From an uncultured Candidatus Marinamargulisbacteria bacterium (GTDB lineage: Bacteria > Margulisbacteria > Marinamargulisbacteria > SXXA01 > JAHFDB01), in contig CAZFCP010000012.1 of the NCBI GenBank assembly GCA_964517775.1, positions 7,431 through 71,430 on the forward strand: a stretch of 64,000 bases of DNA, given 5' to 3'. Below the pieces are notes generated by a model that ran no database searches, was not told the origin of the DNA, and was given only the letters and a program-made list of their open reading frames with translations. Positions 30,850 to 40,895 of this stretch are shown one piece after another (the first letter of the stretch is position 1; each line of letters begins with the position of its first letter). Position numbers and translations under genes: made by a program.

Positions 30850-32256
30850 ATGTCTTTTATAAAAAAAGTGGGTAGGGTTGTTTTAATTTTTTGTTTGATG
30901 TTTTTGCTGACATCCTGTTCAGAAACTCCGACTCTTTCGTCTCGGGTTGAACAGTTGCCCACGCTACCTCCACAACAGATAGACAGGTTCCTTTTACTGT
31001 CCAAAACAGGTAGTAATAGAGGGACGGCCTATCCAAATGCCAATAAAATCGTTAGGGTTGGACATACGCTTTATTGTACGTTTCTGGATTATAAAAATGG
31101 CGTCTATAACATTATTGTTGCTGAAGTGGATCTTCAAGGGAAAAATCCAACAGCCGTTTTTAAAATTGGAGAGTCGTCCAGTAACCATGGTGGGGCAACA
31201 TTGCTGGTTGATCATAAAAAACGGTTACATGTGTTGTATGGATGTCATGCAACCGCTTTAAAATATCGGGTGTCGAATGTGCCTTTATCACTTACATCCT
31301 GGACTAAAGAGCGGGTGTTTAACGGACAGTATACTTATCCTTCGGCTGTTGTATTGCCTAATAACGATATTCTGGTGGCTCTACGACAAGGAAACCGGTC
31401 ACTACGGTTTTACAGGCAGCCTGCCTCATTGGATATCCTAACACTAAGAGACGGGGCTATTTTAAATTCATCCACTGTGTTCATATCCAACAAACAAGCC
31501 GACTCTTTATTCGACCGTTATGCCTCGTATTCCCAGCAGCTTCTTATCGACAAAAAGGGCACCGTACACCTGGTGTTTCTCATTCACGAACGACCCAAAA
31601 ATAATCCCCTGCATGATCCTGTTGGAGATGCATCTGGTTTTGGTTATGGACTGGTTTATGTCAAATCCAGGGACAATGGAAAAACCTGGGAGCAGGATGA
31701 TGGTAACCCTTTGTCTTTGCCAGCGAATATGAACACGATCACGTTACTGGCCGGTGTTAAACAGGTTATGCAGGCAAGGTATTATTATCAGGAATGTTCG
31801 GCTATATTATCGTCGGATACCCAAATCCCGGTTATAGGGTATACGGTATTCGATATCAAGAAAAAACAATGGCAATCCTATATCTTACGCAAACCGAAAA
31901 CAGGATGGGAACGCAACGTTATTGGATATGATTTTTATACAGTAAATGTTGTAGCTGCTACAGACAAAAATACGATTATATTAGCTGAGAAATGTGATGC
32001 ATCCACCCAGCTTTTGCCAATAGCTTCCTGGCAAACTCCTCATAAAAATCTTGTCTTGTTACAACTTGAAAACCATAGGTCAATGGTTCGATATTATCCC
32101 GTATCATCAAGCATAGGGTCACAGTGTCCAAACTGGCTTTCGGCTGTAGAGAAAAATATCTCTACCGACTCGTTATCAAAACCCTATTTTGCTTTGTATA
32201 CATCCGGGGCAAAAAATCCTACTGATCTCTACCTCGTTAATCTTAATAAAAACTAA
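30850..32256 (+). CDS. BNR/Asp-box repeat lipoprotein (sialidase-like beta-propeller), function unknown
   Basis: It has a lipoprotein signal (LLTSC) and an Asp-box SRDNGKTW. Confidence 0.45.
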   Translation: MSFIKKVGRVVLIFCLMFLLTSCSETPTLSSRVEQLPTLPPQQIDRFLLLSKTGSNRGTAYPNANKIVRVGHTLYCTFLDYKNGVYNIIVAEVDLQGKNPTAVFKIGESSSNHGGATLLVDHKKRLHVLYGCHATALKYRVSNVPLSLTSWTKERVFNGQYTYPSAVVLPNNDILVALRQGNRSLRFYRQPASLDILTLRDGAILNSSTVFISNKQADSLFDRYASYSQQLLIDKKGTVHLVFLIHERPKNNPLHDPVGDASGFGYGLVYVKSRDNGKTWEQDDGNPLSLPANMNTITLLAGVKQVMQARYYYQECSAILSSDTQIPVIGYTVFDIKKKQWQSYILRKPKTGWERNVIGYDFYTVNVVAATDKNTIILAEKCDASTQLLPIASWQTPHKNLVLLQLENHRSMVRYYPVSSSIGSQCPNWLSAVEKNISTDSLSKPYFALYTSGAKNPTDLYLVNLNKN

Positions 32257-32501
32257 TTTAAACTCGAGTACACATGTTGCTGAGGTGTGGCTTCATGCTG
32301 GTTAATGCCTGTCACAGAGGTAATCCTGCTGATTTTATTAATCGGAACAAAGGTCATCATGTTTCCCATGGTTTTGCTTTTACTGAGCAATAGATAACAA
32401 TTATCCGACCGCCCTAAAAACACACCTTGTACATATTGATCATTTCCGATGTAAAAACGAAGCATTTTTCCTTGAAATTGTTCTGGTTGTAGGGGTTGCA
32501 T
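32253..32501 (-). CDS. Small hypothetical beta-rich protein (82 aa)
   Basis: The ORF lies just downstream of, and on the same strand as, the alpha/beta hydrolase gene. No motif was recognised. Confidence 0.3.
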   Translation of the reverse strand: MQPLQPEQFQGKMLRFYIGNDQYVQGVFLGRSDNCYLLLSKSKTMGNMMTFVPINKISRITSVTGINQHEATPQQHVYSSLN

Positions 32502-32581
32502 AGTTAAAACCCTCCTTTTAGATTTTCTTTGTTTGGATTGGTTTAGTAACTATAACGCAAAAATACCGTGCGATCAAGTGG

Positions 32582-33223
32582 TTATTTTAGAAGGTTATCC
32601 AGAATGGGTTGAAGGGTTTCAGGGTCTGGAAAGTGGCCTCCAGGGCAGGTAAATAAAGGATAGCTCGATCCCTCCAAAAACTGTTTTATCTCTATAAATG
32701 AAGCTATTTTGTCGTTTAATCCATGTATAAATGCAAGTTTTGAAAAAGTCTCAAGCTGGTCTTTTTTCAGAGTTAATTCGCCAAGATGGGTTAACCCTTC
32801 CTGCAGTCTGTCTTGATGATAGGGCGGATAAATATCGTGTATTCTAGTGGTTTTTTCCCAGGTTAATTGCTGATTTCCATCAAAACAACTCTTGTAAAAC
32901 TGTTCTAAAAACTGTTCCTGATGTTTTGACAGCTGCTTTTTGAACGCAGAAAGTGTAAGGGGGGGATATCCGCAGGACGCCCCTATAAGGATAATGGGGC
33001 AATCCAAAAACTGCATTTTTTGTGCATACTCAATGGCAAGAAAGGCACCCATGGAAAATCCGATAATAGCTTTGGGTTTTGACGGATTATGGTGTTGAAT
33101 ATAAGTATCTACTGTTGATTTTCCACAATAAGCCACTGTAAACGTGGGATCTTTAAAAGTTAGATTGTTAAATATATGATGATCAAAACCCCAACCTGAA
33201 AATAATAAAAATGAAGATGGCAT
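32582..33223 (-). CDS. Alpha/beta-hydrolase esterase, possibly BioG-like (DUF452) pimeloyl-ACP methyl ester esterase
   Basis: 213 aa. The N-terminus reads LLFSGWGFD, and the nucleophile elbow is GFSMGA. Confidence 0.5.
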   Translation of the reverse strand: MPSSFLLFSGWGFDHHIFNNLTFKDPTFTVAYCGKSTVDTYIQHHNPSKPKAIIGFSMGAFLAIEYAQKMQFLDCPIILIGASCGYPPLTLSAFKKQLSKHQEQFLEQFYKSCFDGNQQLTWEKTTRIHDIYPPYHQDRLQEGLTHLGELTLKKDQLETFSKLAFIHGLNDKIASFIEIKQFLEGSSYPLFTCPGGHFPDPETLQPILDNLLK

Positions 33224-33327
33224 AAACGTTTACACTTTCACAAAGATGGGAAATAAGGACTGATATCCACATTACTATCATGCTAAAAATTAATGTTCAA
33301 CGTTTTTGATTTTGAAAATAAAGGGTA

Positions 33328-34569
33328 ATGCCAGTGTCACAGAAACCGTCCATACTTATTATAAAAGGAGATGAAATCAGTACCTCTGAAATTGAATCTG
33401 TTATAGACCCAAAATTTGAGGCTATAACCGTTCAAACAGGTCAGGAAGGGTTGTCTCTTTTTAAAGATCTTCATCAAAATACAAAAATTGTATTGATGAA
33501 CTGGAATCTGCCGGATATGCCAGGCACCACGTTGTTGTCAGCCTTAAAAGCTATCAGCATTGTTCCAGAAATTATCGTATTTTCCCAAACCGAGGACAGT
33601 GAAATTGCCATTACGGCTCTCAGAAAAGGGGCGTATCGGTTTCTTGCTTATCCCTTTAATCCCAGTATTTTAAATTATCTTATTACATACGCCCTTGAAA
33701 ATATTAATTTCATCGCAAAATTTGAGGATTTATCCAGAAAAGTGTTGTGGGAAAATTTTGATCATACCAAACGTTTGGCCTTAGCCAAGGAAATCATCCA
33801 AAAAAGACAGCTTGAAGGAAAAATTGTTACGGAAGAAGAACTTCTATCCATTTTTCCCATCGATAATATTCATGATAAAGGCCGGGAAAAAATTAAATCC
33901 GATCTGGATCCCGAGCTGATTCAATATGTAAAAGAATCTGATCCTCCCCTCATTTTAATTGTAGAAGACGAGGAAATGTTGCGGGAGATTTTAGAGCGAA
34001 CATTAAGTTTGATTTATGATGTTGTGTCTGCTGGAAGTGGGGAAGAAGCTTTAGAGCTTGTCAGACAGGAGCCGGATATCGATGCTGCCCTTCTGGATGT
34101 GGGTTTGCCCGATATTTCAGGTACCGAACTCATCACAAAAATAAAAGAAGTCAATCCTGAAATTGAGGTCGTAGTCCTGACAGCTTATAGAGATTTAGAC
34201 ACCATTGCTGATAGCTTTAAAAATAAGGCTGCCGACTTTTTAAATAAACCTTTTGAAGAAGATGAACTGTTATCCGTCTTATCAAAAGCTATCCAAAAAA
34301 AGCATTTCCGTGAGATTTTAAAAGATGCCAACAACAAAATTCTTGAAGAAGGTCTTTCAGTTCGAGCCCGAGTGGGCATTTTGAATGATATTTACGCAAA
34401 ACGTAAAGAAGAAAATAAGATGCTTTTGATGGAAGATATCTACATCCTTTTTCCAGAGCTTCGACATTCTGAAATCCCTGACGATCAGCCTGTCAGTAAA
34501 AAAATTATTGAAGACGGCATCTGGTTGTATATCGAGACTTTAAAAAATAAAATTCAAGATCAGCATTAG
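33328..34569 (+). CDS. Response regulator with N-terminal pseudo-receiver and C-terminal canonical receiver; no output domain
   Basis: The first REC has Asn at the acceptor position (LMNWNLPDMPG) and lacks the conserved Lys. The second REC is canonical (LLDVGLPDISG, VVVLTAY, LNKPF). Confidence 0.65.
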   Translation: MPVSQKPSILIIKGDEISTSEIESVIDPKFEAITVQTGQEGLSLFKDLHQNTKIVLMNWNLPDMPGTTLLSALKAISIVPEIIVFSQTEDSEIAITALRKGAYRFLAYPFNPSILNYLITYALENINFIAKFEDLSRKVLWENFDHTKRLALAKEIIQKRQLEGKIVTEEELLSIFPIDNIHDKGREKIKSDLDPELIQYVKESDPPLILIVEDEEMLREILERTLSLIYDVVSAGSGEEALELVRQEPDIDAALLDVGLPDISGTELITKIKEVNPEIEVVVLTAYRDLDTIADSFKNKAADFLNKPFEEDELLSVLSKAIQKKHFREILKDANNKILEEGLSVRARVGILNDIYAKRKEENKMLLMEDIYILFPELRHSEIPDDQPVSKKIIEDGIWLYIETLKNKIQDQH

Positions 34570-34615
34570 GGCGTTTTGTTTCTCAACCCCAGCGTTTTTG
34601 TGATACGTTAATGCT

Positions 34616-35716
34616 ATGAATCTTTTTGTATGTTCCAATGGACATGGCGAAGACGGCATAGCCTTGAAACTTATTCAGGCTTTTAAACAGGCGGTTCCTT
34701 TGTCTTCCGTAACGATTTTGCCTTTGGTGGGTGCCGGATATGTATACAAAAATGCTGGTTTTGATGTGATTTTGGACAACCCCATTTTTCCAAGTGGTGG
34801 CTTTATTCGAGATTTTTCCAGCCTTTCTCAAGACGTAAAAGCCGGTTTAATCACACATCTTTTTAAGCAAAAAAAAACAGCTGGATTCCATTCGGGTAAA
34901 GCCGACATAGTTTTGTGCGTTGGAGACGTATTTTGTTTATGGATGGGAAAGGGTAAAAAAGCCCGTACGTTTTTTCTCCCCACAGCTAAAAGCGATGCCT
35001 TTATGGAGCATTCAAAACTGGAAATCTGGTTATTGAAGCAATGGTGTACCAAAGTCTTTCCAAGAGACGACCTTACTTTAAATTCGTTAAAAAATGCTGG
35101 GGTTCCAGCTGAGTATTTTGGAAATCCAATGATGGATGGATTGAAGCTTTCTGGGCAACAGTTTCTTAAGATGCCTGGCTCTGTAAAAATAGGGGTTTTA
35201 CCGGGATCACGGCAGGAAGCGTATGCCAATTTAACTTATATTTTATCGCTCCCATTTTCACATCCTACGTCGCTATTCCTTGCAAAGTCTCCGGCTTTAG
35301 ATGCTGGTCTTATTGAAAATATATTGCTGAAGTCAGGTTGGATTTTTGATTCTGTACACAATAAATTTACTCAATGTGAACAAAAACTCGAACTATTTAT
35401 AACAGACTGTCTGGAAGATGCTGTGTTTTTCAGTGACGTTGTAATTGGTCTTGCAGGCACAGCAAACGAACAGGCTGTTTTTATGGGTAAAAAAGTCGTA
35501 TGTTTTGAAGGATTTGGTCCGCAATCAACCTTAAAGCGTTTTTATGAACAACGGCAATTGATGGGTGATCCCATAGTAGTAGTAGAGCAACGGAATCCAG
35601 GTTCTATCATGACGGTTTTAGAGTCTGTTTTGAAAACAGCACCAGTATCTGAGATTGGTTGGGGCGATCAGCATGCGGCCAGTCACATTGTTCATTCCTG
35701 TTTAGCTGGGTTGTAA
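34616..35716 (+). CDS. GT-B glycosyltransferase related to lipid-A-disaccharide synthase (LpxB-related family)
   Basis: 366 aa. The N-terminus FVCSNGHGEDGIA and overall size resemble LpxB-related proteins. The assignment is from memory only. Confidence 0.35.
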   Translation: MNLFVCSNGHGEDGIALKLIQAFKQAVPLSSVTILPLVGAGYVYKNAGFDVILDNPIFPSGGFIRDFSSLSQDVKAGLITHLFKQKKTAGFHSGKADIVLCVGDVFCLWMGKGKKARTFFLPTAKSDAFMEHSKLEIWLLKQWCTKVFPRDDLTLNSLKNAGVPAEYFGNPMMDGLKLSGQQFLKMPGSVKIGVLPGSRQEAYANLTYILSLPFSHPTSLFLAKSPALDAGLIENILLKSGWIFDSVHNKFTQCEQKLELFITDCLEDAVFFSDVVIGLAGTANEQAVFMGKKVVCFEGFGPQSTLKRFYEQRQLMGDPIVVVEQRNPGSIMTVLESVLKTAPVSEIGWGDQHAASHIVHSCLAGL

Positions 35717-35718
35717 CG

Positions 35719-37815
35719 ATGACAAACGTGTTTTTGTATACACGCACTTTTTTTAATGATCAGGATTTTTGGGAGTTATGCGCTGCCGTTAACAAAAAAT
35801 CTTCTGACAGTACGGTGTTTTTAATCCCAACAAACGCTTATAAAGCTGTTTTAAAAGAGAAACTTGGTGATATATCTGATGATCATATAATAACCTGCAC
35901 CGATTTTTTTTCTTCGTCACATTCACTTTCTGATAAAACTCTTTTTGTGGTTGGACTTCATGATATGGATCCTCGCTTTAATGCGAAGTTGTGGGCCAGT
36001 TTTCAAACGGTAAAAATAGTTACAGTTTTGGTATATCATTCGGGTTTTCAGCCTCAATATGCGTATGCAAACAGGCAATTATCCTGGTTTAACAAAGAGG
36101 GGGTTCAGACTGTTTCCCCAAAGTATGCCGATACACTGCCGTTTTATCCTCAAACTACTTTAAATTCGTTTGATACAACTCAACAGGAAATGGCCTGGGT
36201 TGTTGCTCGACTTCAAACAGTAGCTTTTGATCAGTTACATACCGTAGCTGTTTTTATTCCCGATATCACCTCCTACAAAAGAGAACTGATCCGGCAGCTA
36301 AATGACGCAAAAATCCCCATAAAATCCCTGTCGTTTTTATTTTCTGAAACCCGAACTTCTGCCCGTTTTTTTCACTGGTGGTCCCAGTCTCAGAAAACGG
36401 ATTTTGACACCTATTTCAATGACGAACCTGATCTGTATAGCGAAAAAGAAGCTCTAAAATTTCTTAAACAAATGTGGCAGGATTATTTTTCCAAGCGGCT
36501 TTTATTGTCTCTTCAGGAGGTAAAAACCTATTGCCGAACGCTGACGTTTACAGTTAATCAGGAAAATGGCATTCGTCTTATCCAGGATTTCCAGCTTCTG
36601 TCTTCCTGCACGTTTTTGTTTTGTACGGGATTTTCTCAGCAGCACTATCCGCCTTTACAGATATTACGGCGTAATCCAGATCGAGAAATACAAGACGATT
36701 TTTTTATGTTTCGATTTTTTGAAGCGGCGTATAATACCTCCCGTCATATTTATTTAACGGTGTCGCCTCAATCGGATTCGTCGCAGATTTTGCCAAGTAC
36801 CTATATGCGTTCTTTAAAAGAGGCCTGGGGTATTTTTATTGATGAGACTCATCATTCCGAACCCAGGTTAACACAGTCTAAAACGGTAACTCCGCCAGTT
36901 TATAAGCCTGATCCGGGCTATATCCATCCTGAGTCCTTTTCGATTACCCAGCTCGAGCACTACCAGCGTTGTCCAACCTCTTATTTTTTTAACACGGTTT
37001 GTCGTCTTCCTGCTCCAGATCAGCCTCTTTCGCAAGTTCCGAGAAGCCAGTGGGGAACTCGCATCCATGCTATCCTCCGAGATTTTTCCATACAGGAAAC
37101 GCATGCCAATTCCCGTTCTGAAAAAGAAGCCTTGTTACGCCGACTTGCTGGTTTTCACTTTTCAGATTTCTCACCTCAGTTTTTTGCCTGGTCGGTTAAA
37201 GAAAAAACATTATGGGATGAGGATGCGTTTAGAGGTCTTTTTTCAGAATTATTGAGGCTTTACGAGGATCCTTTTCCGTATCGTGTTGCTGAGGCTGAAG
37301 CCTCTTTTATCTACACGTTTCAACATGATAATCAGCCATTTTCTATCAAAGGCCGTTTTGATGCCGTGTATAAACACATTGAAAAATCCTATATCCTGAT
37401 TATGGACTATAAAACTGGAAAACAACTGCCGACCCGTGCCGATTATACCGAAAAACGATCGTTGCAGCTTCCGTTATATCACGTGGCGTCCAAACAGCAG
37501 TTTAAAGACAGTACGACCGTAGGGACAGGCATTATCCAGTTGTTTGATGGACATCATGTGCAGCGAAAAATTCAGACTTTGATTCAGGATTGTCCGGAAG
37601 ATGCCGATATCCAGCTCAATCGAATAAAACCGTTTATGGTACAGGATGATTTTGAGGTGAGTTTTAATGCTCATCTTGCTTTTCTTATCGGTTGCATTAA
37701 AGCTAATAAATTTTCTCCTGATTCCCATGAGCTTTTGCCTCATATGGAAAGCCAGAGAACTCAAACCTGTATGACCTGTGGGTATCGATCTATTTGTTCT
37801 TATTCAAAACGTTAA
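35719..37815 (+). CDS. AddB/RexB-like PD-(D/E)XK nuclease with C-terminal Fe-S (iron-staple) Cys cluster
   Basis: The nuclease motif is GRFDAVYK...LIMDYKTGK. The Cys cluster reads QRCPTSYFF ... CMTCGYRSIC (C-x2-C-x5-C). The ATG at 35719 follows the upstream stop. Confidence 0.65.
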   Translation: MTNVFLYTRTFFNDQDFWELCAAVNKKSSDSTVFLIPTNAYKAVLKEKLGDISDDHIITCTDFFSSSHSLSDKTLFVVGLHDMDPRFNAKLWASFQTVKIVTVLVYHSGFQPQYAYANRQLSWFNKEGVQTVSPKYADTLPFYPQTTLNSFDTTQQEMAWVVARLQTVAFDQLHTVAVFIPDITSYKRELIRQLNDAKIPIKSLSFLFSETRTSARFFHWWSQSQKTDFDTYFNDEPDLYSEKEALKFLKQMWQDYFSKRLLLSLQEVKTYCRTLTFTVNQENGIRLIQDFQLLSSCTFLFCTGFSQQHYPPLQILRRNPDREIQDDFFMFRFFEAAYNTSRHIYLTVSPQSDSSQILPSTYMRSLKEAWGIFIDETHHSEPRLTQSKTVTPPVYKPDPGYIHPESFSITQLEHYQRCPTSYFFNTVCRLPAPDQPLSQVPRSQWGTRIHAILRDFSIQETHANSRSEKEALLRRLAGFHFSDFSPQFFAWSVKEKTLWDEDAFRGLFSELLRLYEDPFPYRVAEAEASFIYTFQHDNQPFSIKGRFDAVYKHIEKSYILIMDYKTGKQLPTRADYTEKRSLQLPLYHVASKQQFKDSTTVGTGIIQLFDGHHVQRKIQTLIQDCPEDADIQLNRIKPFMVQDDFEVSFNAHLAFLIGCIKANKFSPDSHELLPHMESQRTQTCMTCGYRSICSYSKR

Positions 37816-37920
37816 CCCTGGAGATTTATCATAGACACATCGTTTAATCCCATTGTTAAATCCACTCCAAATCGCTTCAATCGCCAGCAGAAAGAGGCCT
37901 TAAGAATCGATGTCTCCGTC

Positions 37921-39966
37921 TTGGTAGATGCAGGCGCCGGGGCCGGAAAAACAGCCGTTCTGGTACAACGCTACCTCAACTTACTCCAAAGCGGCGTCCC
38001 CGTTTCCTCTATTCTGGCTCTCACCTTTACAAAAAAAGCCGCCTCCGAAATGCAAACCCGCGTCTATACTCAACTTCTCAGCGAAACCGAAGCCTCCAAA
38101 AAAAATAAATGGGCAGCAGACGCCCTCCAGTCTTTTTATAAAGCCAACATCACTACCATCCATGGTTTTTGCAGCTCAGTGTTAACACAGTTTTCATCCA
38201 AAGCCCGATTGTCCGACACCATGGATATTCTGGATCCCGTCCTGCAAGGGCATCTTTGGGAAAAAGCCTTAATTCAGACTTTGTCCCGCCTGGAAAAAAG
38301 GCAGGATTCCCGCCTGGGTTTCTATTTAAAAGCCTTCTCCTGGACGCAGCTGGAAACCGATGTAAAAGAATGTTTCTCTAAAAAAGACTCTGTTATAAAA
38401 ATCATGCCTCAGTTTTTGAATAACGATTCGACATCGTTTATAGAATCTGTGACCCAGACTATTTTTTCTATATTTAATGAAGTTCTGGCTTCATACGATG
38501 CGCTGAAATCCGAATATGGCGTTTTGGATTATTCCGACCTAATTGATAAAACCCAGACACTGTTACGCGAACATCCCGATGTTTTAAACGCTGTTTCAAC
38601 TCAATTCCAAGCCATTCTAGTCGATGAATTTCAAGACACAGATAAAGCCCAATGGGATATTTTATGCCAAATCTCCCACTTCTCAGACTCTTCCGGTGAA
38701 CTTAAAAAGAACCTTTTTTTAGTTGGAGATCCCAAGCAGGCCATTTACGGATTCAGAGGTGCTGAAACCCACTTATTTACAGCAACAAAATCCATATGGG
38801 GAAAACTTTTAAACACAATCTCCGTAGACCTTTCCGAAAATTACCGCACACTTCCTGGTCTTCTAGCCTTTTTTAATCCATTTTTTGAGAGGTGTTTCAA
38901 AGACTCACAGTTACATTTTTTTCCGTTACAGGCTAATCGTCATGCTTTGCCTGCATCTATTACATTCGGATGCTCATCCTCAAAAACAGACGGCTTTGAC
39001 GAAGAAATGCGACAGATTTTAGTGTGGATTAAGGCACTGATTGCCAAAAATCCTGATATAACCTATTCGGATATCGCTATTCTTTTCCGCCGTAAAAAAC
39101 ATATGGAAAGACTCAAAACTTTTTTGATGGAGAATCAGATTCATGCACATATGGAGCCTGAGTTTATGGCTGCAGATCAGCGACACTGGTCGTTATTTAA
39201 TCTCTGCGCCTGTCTTTTAAATATCGAATCAGAGTTTTATTTTACCGGGTTTCGATATTCCGTTTATGCTCAATCTTTTTCAAAAGAGCGTCTTCAGGAC
39301 AAAATAAGGCAGTGGCAAAAAAAGGCAGCCCTCAATCCTTTATATTGGATGCTCGAGTTTTGTTTGAAAGATCTGGGATATGTCATATCCGATTGTGAAA
39401 AAGACTTTATAAAAACAGTTGAATACGCAGAAATTTCCGGGAAATTTACCTCTGAAGAACTCTTATCTTATCTCCGTTTCTTTGTGCAAATGCCTGTAGA
39501 AAAAGAAAAGCCCCGACAACAAAACTCTATCCGATTAATGACGATCCATTCTTCAAAAGGGTTGGAGTTTAAGGCTGTTATCATTCTCGAATCTGCCTTG
39601 AAATGGAATTTTTCCCAATCCGATAGACTGGTTATCACTCACCGCGGTGCCGGCCTTTCCTATACCATTCAAAATCAACAACAAAATAAGGTAAGGGAAG
39701 AGATTCTAGCTCAGCATAAAGCCGATTGTATTGAAGAAGAAAAACGACTATTCTATGTCGCTTGCACCCGAGCCTCAGACCATCTTTTCTTTTCAGGACT
39801 TTTGCAACCAACTTCCGAGATTGAAGAGCCCAAGTCGTTTTCCGATCTCATTTTCCAACAAGGCAATACAGACCTTGCATCCACACGCATGATGTTTTCC
39901 TTTCCTGATGGACCTCAATCTTATCCTGTCATAAACGACACCGTGGATGTTATGATGTTGGAATGA
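37921..39966 (+). CDS. UvrD/PcrA/AddA-like superfamily-1 helicase, compact, without a nuclease domain
   Basis: It carries Walker A AGAGAGKT, DEFQDTD, LVGDPKQAIYGFRGA and TIHSSKGLEFKAVII. The conserved Q-motif region (FNRQQKEAL) is encoded upstream at 37816..37920, in frame and with no canonical start codon (see findings). Confidence 0.65.
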   Translation: MVDAGAGAGKTAVLVQRYLNLLQSGVPVSSILALTFTKKAASEMQTRVYTQLLSETEASKKNKWAADALQSFYKANITTIHGFCSSVLTQFSSKARLSDTMDILDPVLQGHLWEKALIQTLSRLEKRQDSRLGFYLKAFSWTQLETDVKECFSKKDSVIKIMPQFLNNDSTSFIESVTQTIFSIFNEVLASYDALKSEYGVLDYSDLIDKTQTLLREHPDVLNAVSTQFQAILVDEFQDTDKAQWDILCQISHFSDSSGELKKNLFLVGDPKQAIYGFRGAETHLFTATKSIWGKLLNTISVDLSENYRTLPGLLAFFNPFFERCFKDSQLHFFPLQANRHALPASITFGCSSSKTDGFDEEMRQILVWIKALIAKNPDITYSDIAILFRRKKHMERLKTFLMENQIHAHMEPEFMAADQRHWSLFNLCACLLNIESEFYFTGFRYSVYAQSFSKERLQDKIRQWQKKAALNPLYWMLEFCLKDLGYVISDCEKDFIKTVEYAEISGKFTSEELLSYLRFFVQMPVEKEKPRQQNSIRLMTIHSSKGLEFKAVIILESALKWNFSQSDRLVITHRGAGLSYTIQNQQQNKVREEILAQHKADCIEEEKRLFYVACTRASDHLFFSGLLQPTSEIEEPKSFSDLIFQQGNTDLASTRMMFSFPDGPQSYPVINDTVDVMMLE

Positions 39967-40895
39967 GTATGTTATCCGTCTTTATAACGGGATCTTCCGG
40001 ATGTATCGGACACTATGTCGTTGAAGAGTGTTTGAAAAATCCTCAGTTCGAACTGTTTTTATTGGTTCGCGATCCTAAAAAATTATTATATCCTCCTCAT
40101 CCCAGAGTTCATATTGTAGAAGGGGATCTGGAAAACATAGATAAAGCAAAACCTACCCTGGAAACTATGGATTTGATGATTCACCTGGCCACAGCCTGGG
40201 GAGATTCTGAAGAAGCCACACGCCTCAATCGAGACAAAACTCTTGAGATGTTGAGTTACTGCAATCCTGACCGCTTAAAAAAAGTTGTGTATTTTTCAAC
40301 GGCCAGCATTTTAGGCAAAAACAATCAGGTCATTGATGAGGCTGAAACCTACGGAACCGGCTATGTTCGCTCAAAATACAGAGCGTATAAAGCCTTAAGA
40401 AAGTCCGACTGGTCATCTAAAATCGTCACTGTATTTCCAACCCTCGTTTTTGGTGGAGATCAGGCTCATCCGTATTCTCATATCAGCTCCGGTTTAAAGC
40501 CAAGTCTGGGATGGGCAAAATTACTACGATTCTTTTATATGGATTCCCGCTTTCATTTTTTACATGGCAGAGATATTGCAGCCGTAAGCGTCTATGCGCT
40601 AACCCATGATGTTGAACCTGATCTGGCACTGGGAAACCACGTAATGAACGGCAAAGATGTTATCGAAACGGTATGCCGGGTTTTTGATATCCCCATTTAT
40701 TTCCGCATTAAAATTGCCTCCTGGTTTTTAATGGGACTTGCCAAACTGTTTCGTATAAAACTGGCTCCCTGGGACAGATTTTGTATCCAGTCTCCCTTCT
40801 TTCATTATAATACGGTCAATCCCAGTTCATTTGGTATGACAACACAGTTCCCAACGCTCGAGTCTGTTCTTCTTGATATTAAGCGGCAACCCTAA
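39963..40895 (+). CDS. NAD-dependent epimerase/dehydratase-family (SDR) protein
   Basis: It has the Rossmann motif ITGSSGCIGHYVV. It overlaps the helicase stop (ATGA). Confidence 0.65.
   Translation: MSMLSVFITGSSGCIGHYVVEECLKNPQFELFLLVRDPKKLLYPPHPRVHIVEGDLENIDKAKPTLETMDLMIHLATAWGDSEEATRLNRDKTLEMLSYCNPDRLKKVVYFSTASILGKNNQVIDEAETYGTGYVRSKYRAYKALRKSDWSSKIVTVFPTLVFGGDQAHPYSHISSGLKPSLGWAKLLRFFYMDSRFHFLHGRDIAAVSVYALTHDVEPDLALGNHVMNGKDVIETVCRVFDIPIYFRIKIASWFLMGLAKLFRIKLAPWDRFCIQSPFFHYNTVNPSSFGMTTQFPTLESVLLDIKRQP

Noticed and set aside
34583-35229. Minus-strand ORFs of 82 and 133 aa
   Set aside because: They are antisense to the LpxB-related gene and have no motifs.
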